Below, piece by piece: positions 10,027 to 18,899 of a stretch of DNA of 64,000 bases. The stretch covers positions 1 to 64,000 of IMG/VR virus record IMGVR_UViG_3300014208_000031, one strand, 5' to 3'. This DNA comes from a virus. The first letter of the stretch is position 1, and each line of letters opens with the position of its first letter. Below the pieces are notes generated by a model. The model made no database searches. It was not told the origin of the DNA and was given only the letters and a program-made list of their open reading frames with translations. Both the position numbers and the translations under genes were made by a program.

Positions 10027-11364
10027 ATGTCTCTCTTCATCACCACGAAACAAAACGGATTCTCAGGCTCGACAGAATATCATCTTGGCGCGGGACAACT
10101 TCAAACCCATATTTTAGATATGGATAAAGTAACTGCTGTTCAAGCGGATGGGGATGAATTGGAAATGATCCAAAAACAATTAGCTTATTTTCCGATTTCT
10201 CTGCGCGCCCGCGTTCAAATCTGGCGCGGCGATTTAGCAAAGTTCATCGTGGATAATGTTACACTTTAAGTAAATAATCTAAACCAAAAACCTCAAAACT
10301 AATAAGTAAATAATATGGACATTAACCAAATCCAAACTTTCGTTTCTGAAATCAATCCCGAACTTAACGTTTTGGAATTTAACCAAGTAAATAATATCAT
10401 TCATCTTAAAACCGAAGAACCGGATGGAATGATTACGGTTTGGGAATTGAAACTGGAACACAAGGGATATGCGCGGAGTCCCGAAAAAGGAAATTTTGAA
10501 ACTGAATAATTAACAAATAACTAACAACTAAAACAAACCTAACCAAATAGAAAAACCTCAATATGTACAACCAATCCAACGTCCGCCCCGAAACTGTCAA
10601 CCGCGTTAAGCAAAACCATAAAAAAGAAACTAACGTAATCAAGTCTTTCCAGCGTGCCGAGCGGATTCAGCTTCTCGAAAAAAATCTTTTGATTATTAAA
10701 GCAAGTAAAAAGAAAGGTTCGCCGCTTCTTGCTGTCGCCCGGCCCTTTCGTTCTAACGTGTTGCGGCGGGTCGCTGCTAATAACTAAATATCAAATAGTA
10801 TGAAACTGACTAACAATTCAGAAATCATCGGGTTTATTGATAAACAACTAAAAACTCCCGATGAAAAGAAACAAAAACATTTTACAGTTTTAGAGAAAGA
10901 AAGTCACACGCCGGGGCATTTTTGGGATGGAATGAGAGTTTGTAGCCGCGTGACTGATTGCGTAAATAATATCAAAACGGTAACATTTGTTCAATGCGGC
11001 GCTCCATTTGCCCGATTGACAATTGACCAGATAAAAATTGTGAGTATCGAAACTTACTAAATATCTAACTAATACTAATAATAACATGAGAAAAAACACA
11101 ATCCAAGCATACAAAGATTTTCAAAACGGAATTGCGATTGCACGTTGCCCCGCAATTTCCACAAATAAAATAGCAATAAATAGTTACAAAACCCCGATTC
11201 TTTCGCGCGGCTTTCCCGGCGAAGTAATTTTAGACGTTCAAAAGTATTCAACGACTACCACAAAACAGCAAAATACCCTGCGCGGACTTTTGATTTCCGA
11301 CGGATATAAAATGCAAGATAGAGAGGGAAAGAAGGGGAAATTCGAGATTTATACCAAAGGATAA
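10027..11364 (+). CDS. Operon of five small hypothetical ORFs (10027-10269, 10315-10509, 10563-10787, 10800-11060, 11086-11364)
   Basis: Co-oriented, A/C-rich leaders, closed by the terminator at 11414. Confidence 0.65.
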
Positions 11365-11413
11365 AAACTAAGTACTAAGTTTAAGTAAATCTCAGGAAAA
11401 CAAAACAAATTCA

Positions 11414-11460
11414 AAGATTCCGCGCCGCTGAGAAATTGGCCGCGCGGATTCTTGCTGTAC
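11414..11460 (+). terminator. Intrinsic terminator
   Basis: AAGATTCCGCGC...GCGCGGATTCTT followed by GCTGTAC. Confidence 0.7.
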
Positions 11461-11547
11461 TGGTCAAATTTCAATTGGTTTCCAAGTAGGTAAAAAAGAA
11501 TTTTCAAAGTATTTTACAGAGTAAATCGAAAAAAAGTGAAAAAAGTA

Positions 11548-11576
11548 TTGACGCCAAATTGATTTCATGGTTTATT
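11548..11576 (+). promoter_or_regulatory. sigma70-like promoter for the second histone-like gene
   Basis: TTGACG-N17-TTTATT preceded by TGG, with A-tract UP element. Confidence 0.55.
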
Positions 11577-11643
11577 GACTTCAGCGAAAGGAATTGTTCC
11601 AAGTAGCAACAACAAAAAAACAACTAAATTAGAAAGTCAAAAC

Positions 11644-12114
11644 ATGAAAGCCAATCAAAAGTATTCCATTACCGCCACTCTCCGCACTCTCAGCAAGGGC
11701 GACGGGTTTCTCCTCCCCTTCACTGAGAATCCGGTTACGGCGCACGTAGCCGCTCGCCAACTCGGCGCGAGTGTCCGCGTTTCCAAGGGTGCCAAGGGTT
11801 ATTCCGTGATGCTCACGGGAATGCCAAAGGATCGCATCGAAAAGATCGCTTACCCGATCATCAAGGGAATGAAGCTGCCGGAAAGCAATCGCGGACGCCC
11901 CACTTTGATTGCGGCGGCTGCTAAGGCGGCTAAGTCGAAGGGCAAGAAAGCCGCGCCCAAGGCGAGCAAAGCGCCCGCTAAGAAGTCCGCGCCAGCCAAA
12001 GCCACGAAGCGCCCCGCCGCTAAGAAAGTCGCGAAGGCTGCCAAGGTTGCGCCTAAGCGTGTCAACCTCGGCGGAAAGAGCGTGATTGCTCCCGCCGCGC
12101 CTTTCGTTAAGTAA
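11644..12114 (+). CDS. Second histone-like protein: globular N-terminus plus Lys/Ala/Pro-rich tail; likely start ATG 11644
   Basis: Tail AKAAKSKGKKAAPKASKAPAKK.. with an RGRP AT-hook-like motif. Confidence 0.75.
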   Translation: MKANQKYSITATLRTLSKGDGFLLPFTENPVTAHVAARQLGASVRVSKGAKGYSVMLTGMPKDRIEKIAYPIIKGMKLPESNRGRPTLIAAAAKAAKSKGKKAAPKASKAPAKKSAPAKATKRPAAKKVAKAAKVAPKRVNLGGKSVIAPAAPFVK

Positions 12115-12141
12115 GTAAAAAAGGCAAAGCGTAACACAAAG

Positions 12142-12176
12142 AGCCGCACTCGAAAGGGTGCGGTTTTTTGCTGTAC
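12142..12176 (+). terminator. Intrinsic terminator
   Basis: AGCCGCACTC-GAAA-GGGTGCGGTT followed by TTTTGCTGTAC. Confidence 0.9.
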
Positions 12177-12289
12177 TGATGCAATGCAATCGGGCGGACT
12201 TATTAAGTAAGTATAAAAGAAAGGTATTTTGTAATACGTTTGTAAAAGCGCGGGCAATTGGAATGGGATTAAAACCCGGCGGATTCATT

Positions 12290-13700
12290 TAGAATGGTTA
12301 TTATTTAACTATAAAAACACTATAGGTTGTGCTTTGTCTCACAAAGTGATATATGGGTTGTATTGGTATAGAGTAAGTAAGATTTTGACTATAGGAAGAA
12401 TATATGTAACTAAGTAAGAAATACAGAGGAATAACATAGAGAGAATAACAAGTAAGTAAGTTTATTGAATGAGATTATGGATTTAATTAGTATAGTCATC
12501 GACTTTTTAATTATTTTTCTTAATATGCACATTGACGCATATGTTTTTTTATGAATAGTATTTTGTGAATTAACCTAGTGGTAAACTCTCATTCAATCCC
12601 TATGTAAGTAAGTAAATTATGAGCAAGAAAACGTACAAAAAAGTAAGCAAAGTGGATTGAGCCGCGCAAATTGAGCCAATTAGTTAGTAAATATCTAAAA
12701 ATTTCTCTCACTTTTTGTGTTAGTCGCGTAATATGCGCCCGAAAACTAAATAAAACTGTGAATAACCCTGAGTTTTGCACAAATTAGTAAGTAATCAAAA
12801 ATGTGATAAACCCTAGGAGATTAACATTTGTATGTGAATAACCCTAGCTTCGTCTCAATTATATTTATGGGAAAAGTGTAAAGGATATTAAACATTAACT
12901 AATATAAAACAATATGAATATAACTATAACAGAAAAACAACTAGCTGAGATGATTAAACAATGGTTTGAAGAAAACACCAGTAGCTTTAACGATAGAAAT
13001 TTTACAGCACGCAACGTAGTAGCCGCCGAATTAAAGAAACAAGTAAGTAATACAGGACATTGGAGGAATAAACGTAAGTCCGCGGGCTTACGCTCGAATG
13101 TTAGCTTTCTAAAACAAATTAAAGAAGGAATAAAGAATGGGAGTATTAGGCCACCGAATTCTGAGGTGAATAAATCACCAAAAAATAATGATAGTGAAGA
13201 TGCTTTTTAAGTAAGTAAATATCCGTCCACTTTTTAAGAAAATTCCTTAATATATGTGGTTTTGCGCATATGTAAAAACTCATCTTATGAAATACAGATT
13301 CGTAAAAACTCATCCACTTTTTAAACAATTTGCGTAATATGAGGGGAAAATTTAACTAGGTAAATAATTAACATACATTAACAATTAGCCGCCGTGGACA
13401 AACAAGTAAGTAAATAGTAAATATGAGTTAAATTCCTGGGCTGTTATTAACATATATTAACTATCTCGGTGCGTGGACAATTTATTTAAGTTAAGTAAAC
13501 AATCTTTCCTGGTTAAACATTAAGTTTTATTAAGTAAATATAAAATGATTTTTCGCTTGTTGGCATGAAAGTTTATATTCTGGAAACTATAAGTAAGTTT
13601 TTTGCTAAATGGCATGAATTTAAATAAGTTAGTACGGGTTAATCTTTTCTAGCAATCCCGGCGATTATGGGAATTATATGGGCTTAACGCCCTTCCTGGT
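12290..13700. repeat. Largely non-coding repeat-rich region (candidate replication origin or terminus)
   Basis: Four TGTGAWWWA-(A/C)CCT copies (12564, 12757, 12802, 12833), two of them perfect DnaA boxes TGTGAATAA; an imperfect direct repeat about 80 bp apart near 13370/13449; (AAGT)n runs. Confidence 0.45.
12914..13210 (+). CDS. Hypothetical protein preceded by the late-type motif
   Basis: 98-aa ORF with AGTGTAAA at 12875. Confidence 0.6.
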   Translation: MNITITEKQLAEMIKQWFEENTSSFNDRNFTARNVVAAELKKQVSNTGHWRNKRKSAGLRSNVSFLKQIKEGIKNGSIRPPNSEVNKSPKNNDSEDAF

Positions 13701-13816
13701 GAAAAAATAAGTAAAAAAATCTCTTTTTCCGCTTGTGTAGGTCGCAAAAATCCCTAGATTGATTGCCAAGCGAGAGCGATTTCCCGCGAACAAAAACCAA
13801 ACCTAGAAAACTAAAA

Positions 13817-14056
13817 ATGAATCCCATCGAAAAACGCATAGAAGAAATCAAAGCTTCGCAAAAGCTGTCACCGGAAACAAAGGCGCGCATGATTGGCAAC
13901 GTGATTAACGCTTACATTGCCGAGCACGAAGAGAAGCAACGCCAAGAAGCCGTCAAAGCAAAGTGGTTTGGCTTTTTTGACCGCGCCAAGCTTGCCGGAT
14001 ATACGCCAACGAGAGAAGACATGGAACGTGTCACGCGGGGAGAATTGCCACTTTGA
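13817..14056 (+). CDS. Hypothetical protein (likely start MNPIEKR at 13817)
   Basis: Leader GAAAACTAAAAATGAA is shared with the next gene. Confidence 0.65.
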   Translation: MNPIEKRIEEIKASQKLSPETKARMIGNVINAYIAEHEEKQRQEAVKAKWFGFFDRAKLAGYTPTREDMERVTRGELPL

Positions 14057-14102
14057 AACACTGTCAGTAAAACCAAACCAAAACAAACCACGAAAACTAA
14101 AA

Positions 14103-15167
14103 ATGAAAAACTCAGACTATAAATCCACGCTAGCCGCCGTTACTAAATGCTTCGCGCACCTAGTAGGGTGCGGGGAGTTGATTCAGATGATGATTGAGGG
14201 AACGATGTCACTCTTTAAGGGTGGCGAGGGATTCAGCGGCACATTGATTGCAGAAGCGGGCAAAGGGAAAAGCGCCGTAATGATTGCTTACGGGAAAGCT
14301 TTGGAGGTGATTGGCTACGAAGTGATTTTCTGTACGCCAAGTGAATTCCGCAAAGACGGTGACGAGGTTTATGGAACGATTAAAAACATGATCTGTGAGC
14401 GCGGGAAGGAATACGCGCTTTTGATTGATGAAGCGCACGAACTTTACGGTGCGGGAAGTACGGTACAACTAAAGAAAATCGGTAGTCTCGCCATGAAAGG
14501 TTTGGACGGCAATTTCTCCGGCGGCACGATTGCCCTTGGTGACAACATGGTCGCGAGCTTTAACCGCCGCAATTGCGTTATCATGCTGGCCACTAATCAC
14601 CCTTCCCGTTTGCCCGATGCTTTGAGCGCCGAGAACGGCCGTACGGTGCGCTATGTCATGCCCGACTACACGGTGCCGCAATTGAAAACGATTTTTCGTC
14701 GTATGCTTACCCGTTTCGATTTGGAGGTGAGCGATGACAAAGCCGCTAAGCGTATCGTGGATTGTGCGCGTGGTACTGCGCGCCCCTTGGAAAAAATCAC
14801 CCGTCAACTCTCAATCACCTTGGGCAGCGGGGAGAAAGCGCGGAAAAGCGTAAAGCCCGATGATGTCACGAACGCCTTGCGCTCCCTTCAAATGTTTCCA
14901 CGCGGTCTCAACATTACTGAGATGCAGATGCTAAAGGTGCTTGCTAACGCGCCCTTGTCGGACGCTCGCCTTGGCCAGATGTTTCCCAACGTGGATAAAG
15001 CCGAGATTCGCAAGTCTCGCGCCTACCTCATGAATTGCGGTACTGAACCAGACGCTAAGGGCAAGGTCGGCATTCCTTTCGTCTCTCCCGTCGTTGGCGG
15101 TTGCGCCACCACTGACAAGGGTAAGCGTTTTCTTGCCGATTGCGCCGCCCTTGGTTTCCACGCCTAA
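14103..15167 (+). CDS. RuvB-like AAA+ ATPase (Holliday junction branch-migration helicase family)
   Basis: Walker A AEAGKGKS, Walker B LLIDEAH, MLATN (sensor 1), YTVPQL, ARGTARP (sensor 2, cf. RuvB SRGTPR), PRGL and C-terminal winged-helix ATTDKG. Start 14103 chosen from the leader. Confidence 0.8.
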   Translation: MKNSDYKSTLAAVTKCFAHLVGCGELIQMMIEGTMSLFKGGEGFSGTLIAEAGKGKSAVMIAYGKALEVIGYEVIFCTPSEFRKDGDEVYGTIKNMICERGKEYALLIDEAHELYGAGSTVQLKKIGSLAMKGLDGNFSGGTIALGDNMVASFNRRNCVIMLATNHPSRLPDALSAENGRTVRYVMPDYTVPQLKTIFRRMLTRFDLEVSDDKAAKRIVDCARGTARPLEKITRQLSITLGSGEKARKSVKPDDVTNALRSLQMFPRGLNITEMQMLKVLANAPLSDARLGQMFPNVDKAEIRKSRAYLMNCGTEPDAKGKVGIPFVSPVVGGCATTDKGKRFLADCAALGFHA

Positions 15168-15192
15168 GCGAAACAACTAAGTATCTATTCAA

Positions 15193-15612
15193 ATGAATAT
15201 TCAATTCTACGTATCTGTAACGGGAGCGAAAACTCCAAAGCAGATTGCGAAAGAAGTGGCCGAAATTGTCGCCTATCGTGACGCGTTGAAAGAGGCGGGG
15301 ATTGATTGCGACAACGCCCCACAACGCCCCATGATTGCGCGCAGTGCCTCGCCAGCATCGTTTTCCACTGACAAGACAGCCGATTGCCTTGAATTGGAGA
15401 ATCAATGGCAGGAAATGACAGGGAAAGGCTTTCGCTGCTCACCAGAAATGGCTGCAATGTTTAGCCTTCCTGATGATCGTGCCGGACGCATCGCAAAAAT
15501 GATAGAGCTAGTGAAAGCGGGAAAAGCGGTTCGTACGGTGTCAGGTTGGATGCCAAGCAATGGAGAATCCAAGGGGCAATCACAAGCGGATGATGGGGCA
15601 GAAACGTTCTAA
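15193..15612 (+). CDS. Hypothetical protein
   Basis: 139-aa ORF co-oriented after the RuvB-like gene. Confidence 0.7.
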   Translation: MNIQFYVSVTGAKTPKQIAKEVAEIVAYRDALKEAGIDCDNAPQRPMIARSASPASFSTDKTADCLELENQWQEMTGKGFRCSPEMAAMFSLPDDRAGRIAKMIELVKAGKAVRTVSGWMPSNGESKGQSQADDGAETF

Positions 15613-15750
15613 ACAAATAAACAAGTATATGATAACCCGAATCATTAATCACTTGCGTTGTATCGCAAGAAAGCTACGCTCGCACAAAGCTATCGCGCCC
15701 CACATCCACGGCATTGCCCGCGAACTATACTTAGAGAAATAAACAAATAT

Positions 15751-15939
15751 ATGTCAATCCATAGAGATATTCATAGGCTTGCGATAAGCAAAAGAAAGTA
15801 CGTTGCTAAGCAAGCAAAACGATTAGACCTAGACCTCCGCGCAAAAGAAAAGTGCAAACTAATGCTAACCATTGCGCGAGTAACAGGGGAAGCTATTGGA
15901 CTAGAAAGGGCTTTAGAGATTATGTCAGAAACTAGATAA
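15751..15939 (+). CDS. Small basic hypothetical protein (likely start MSIHRD); a short ORF 15629-15742 precedes it
   Basis: Both are preceded by similar AAATAAACAA(G/A)TATATG leaders. Confidence 0.5.
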   Translation: MSIHRDIHRLAISKRKYVAKQAKRLDLDLRAKEKCKLMLTIARVTGEAIGLERALEIMSETR

Positions 15940-15963
15940 GTAAATAAACAAGTAAGTAAAGAG

Positions 15964-16003
15964 AGAACCGTTTGCCTAATCAGTAAGCGGTTTCTTTCTG
16001 TAC
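15964..16003 (+). terminator. Intrinsic terminator closing the early region
   Basis: AGAACCGTTTGC...GTAAGCGGTTTCT followed by TTCTGTAC. Confidence 0.8.
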
Positions 16004-16630
16004 ATATAGAGTGTCCGTATTAGTCAATTCCAAGTCTAGCTATTAAGTAAGTTAGAGTTGATTGTGATAGGGTTAAGTATAGATATTGAGAGTGTTAGGC
16101 ATGGCATCCGTACTTATTGGAAGTTTGAAAAGTCATTTTCCAGGAAAACGCCGCCACGGGGTTATCTTTGTTAAAATATCTTTTTTTAATCAAAACCAGA
16201 GTAAATTTCCTATTTCTAAATAAATCTCTAAAAATCTGGTAATTTATCATATTCAGTTCTATACAAAATCAAAAAATAAAATCGGAACGTTCCCCTTGGA
16301 GACCTTTTCTCTAGAAATAAAATTTATCTTTATTTACTTGTTTGTTTCTTTATTCTACCTTTTCTCTCCAACAATAAACTTCTTTATACTACCCTACCCA
16401 TTTTTCTAAAATTCTGGAAAACATCTATATTTACTTATCTCGAAATCCAAAAAAATTCGGAAGGGTTTTCTCTGAAAACGATTTCCTCTAGAAGTCTTTT
16501 CCTAAAAACTTAAAAAATCTTATTTACTTTAGCCGCCGCGATTAAACTAAAATTAATTTTCCTTTATGTCCGAAACGATGAGGCGTCTAACATGGAAATT
16601 TACACTACTTGAGATTTTTTAAAAAATTAG

Positions 16631-16658
16631 TTTGATTATATTAAGAAAAAAGTGTAAA
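16631..16658 (+). promoter_or_regulatory. Phage late promoter motif (bipartite)
   Basis: TTTGA-N15-AGTGTAAA upstream of 16710; the AGTGTAAA core precedes most structural genes. Confidence 0.75.
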
Positions 16659-16709
16659 TAAAGTATAAGTTTTATTATATAACAAATTTAAAAGAAAAAT
16701 AAACAATTT

Positions 16710-17446
16710 ATGCCAGCACAATTTATTCAATCGCAAACGTTTGTCTTGCTTACCGGTTCTGTTGCATCTTCTGGCTCGTGGATGGATATTGACAAAACAT
16801 TTAATAATACAGTATTTTATAGATTTAGTGGATTAGCCACAGGCTCAACTGCAACATTTGTGCTGGAAGCTCGTGATCCGGCTGGTAACGGCGGATATAT
16901 TATTGATACTATTCCTTTAACTGGAGTAAATATTACGAATATTGCTACTTTTAGCACTCCTGTAACCAATGGAGTAAGAGCAAATATTCAAAATATTACT
17001 AATGGTTCAGGATATTGTTATCTAGATTGTAGTTATTAACTAATAAAAATATGTCATCACAATCTACTAATAAGTTAAGAAAAATAGGAGAATATTATCA
17101 ACCAGGGGTTACCCCTGTTGGCGCGGAAGCTGGAGCGATCTTGGTCAACAGCGCCGCTTACGAAGCCTCCCACGTTCTAAAATCTAGCAGCGGAACACTG
17201 ATTGCCGTGGTCGGCTACAACAGTGGTCCCGCGCAGTTCATCCAGCTTCACAACGCCGCGAGCCTTCCCGCCGATGCCGAAGTGCCGATTTTACTATTTG
17301 CCGTCGCCGCTACGAGCAACTTCTCACTCACCATCCCACTTACCGGCCTGCCGCTCTCGACCGGCATCGTGGTCTGTAACTCAAGCACCGGCCCGACCAA
17401 GACGATCGGAGCGGCGGATTGTTGGTTCACGGCGGTTGTGAAATAA
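16710..17446 (+). CDS. Two small beta-rich virion-associated proteins (16710-17039, 17051-17446)
   Basis: S/T/G-rich beta-type sequences downstream of the late motif. Confidence 0.55.
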
Positions 17447-18840
17447 TGGACGCCGACGCTCAAGACTACATCGACCGGCGCGCGCTGGCTGGCGATACTT
17501 TGAGCGCCGCCGATCAAGCAGCCTTCAATGCGCTGGTTGTTGAACTAAAAGGCGGCGGGCAGTGGGATAATCTGGTCGAGCTTTGGACGCCTTGCGGCGG
17601 CACCTTTACCGGGGCGATGGTGAAGCTCAAAGACTGCGGTTCGGGTAACTGCATCAATACCGATTTCGTCTCTGGCGACTTTAACGCCATCACGGGATTG
17701 CTCGGCGACGGGGTAAGCAAGCGCCTTTCTACCGGAACGATCCCAAGCGACCACGGGGTGACAGGCGCAAATATCGCGTTGGGCGTGTTTGTGAGCGGCA
17801 CCGCGGCAGACTCGCGAGGCCAAAACATTGCCCTTGGCGACGGATCAACATTCTTTTTCCCGGAGTTTTCGGGGTCGATTATTTTTAACGGCGGTTTGAT
17901 GAGTAACGCCGCCGCTACGGAGGGCTTCCACATTCTCACACGCGAGGCCGGTAACGTGTCGAAATACTTCCACAACGGCATCCTGATGGACAGCAACAAC
18001 ACGCAGGGGCCAGTATCTCCAGCGGCGGAAGTCACAGTCGGCAGCTATGGAGCGGGATTCTATTACGTGGGGCGAATCCGGTGCTATTTCATCGCCACTG
18101 ATTTACTGGAGGCCGACGTGGTAGCGATCACCGAAGCATTTGAAACCTTCGTTGGCCGTATCGCCGCCAGCCGACGCACGGGCCTATATGGTGCCTTTGG
18201 CGATTCGATCACTTTCGGACTCAACGCCTCCGATGCAGCCCACGAATACGCCTCGCTGGTTGCCACAGGGCTCAGCCTGACGCTGAGCAAGCAGGGAATC
18301 TCCGGCATACCGCTTTACGGAACCCATACCTCCTACCAATCCGGCCAGTGGTCCGTCATTTCCCGCATCTGCGACCGCGCTCCGACAAAGGTGACGCTGG
18401 CTTACGGAACCAACGACGTAAATAGCGCCGATACCAACCTCACCGCCGCAGTATTCCAGTCGTCCGCTTCTGCCACGCTCGGGCGCATCATGCGGATGTG
18501 TGGACTGACGGGCTCGGATGTGACCATCACCGGCCCGACCCGCGTGACATCGGGCTATGCAGGGCAAGGCGACGATACGCGCGCCCTGGCCTTTGCCGCC
18601 GCCGCCGAAGCTGCCGCCGTCGCCGAAGGATGCCAGTTCGCCGCCGTCCGCGCCGCCATGATCTCGGAGGCGGTGACGCCGACTGATGGCATCCACCCCG
18701 ACGACGACGGGCATGTAGTATGGGCGGATACGATTCTCGCCGCATTCGCGAGCGCCCAAGGCGCCGCCACGAGCGGTCTTGGCTCCTCCGGCCTCATCGG
18801 CGGCACCCAACTCGGCGCGGAGGGGCTTGGCCCAAGTTAA
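17446..18840 (+). CDS. ConA/LamG-like plus SGNH/GDSL hydrolase virion protein (start ATG 17446)
   Basis: SGNH blocks AFGDSIT, GISG, YGTND, DGIHP; GC-rich DNA. Confidence 0.8.
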   Translation: MDADAQDYIDRRALAGDTLSAADQAAFNALVVELKGGGQWDNLVELWTPCGGTFTGAMVKLKDCGSGNCINTDFVSGDFNAITGLLGDGVSKRLSTGTIPSDHGVTGANIALGVFVSGTAADSRGQNIALGDGSTFFFPEFSGSIIFNGGLMSNAAATEGFHILTREAGNVSKYFHNGILMDSNNTQGPVSPAAEVTVGSYGAGFYYVGRIRCYFIATDLLEADVVAITEAFETFVGRIAASRRTGLYGAFGDSITFGLNASDAAHEYASLVATGLSLTLSKQGISGIPLYGTHTSYQSGQWSVISRICDRAPTKVTLAYGTNDVNSADTNLTAAVFQSSASATLGRIMRMCGLTGSDVTITGPTRVTSGYAGQGDDTRALAFAAAAEAAAVAEGCQFAAVRAAMISEAVTPTDGIHPDDDGHVVWADTILAAFASAQGAATSGLGSSGLIGGTQLGAEGLGPS

Positions 18841-18899
18841 TTGGGATTACCGTTCACGGGTAGTAATAATGCAAGTTACTAATTTAAAAATTAAAAAAT

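Noticed and set aside
9081-12288. Long minus-strand ORFs (9081-9515, 9254-9697, 11629-12288, 11850-12257)
   Set aside because: Antisense shadows of the low-complexity Lys/Ala-rich genes.
12290-13700. CRISPR array
   Set aside because: The repeats are short, imperfect and irregularly spaced, and there are no cas genes.
13917-14102. N-terminal extension of the RuvB-like ORF given by the track
   Set aside because: It overlaps the upstream gene, and the shared leader supports ATG 14103.
17202-18810. Many overlapping alternative-frame ORFs
   Set aside because: Expected from stop-codon scarcity in the GC-rich tract; the SGNH frame has clear motifs.
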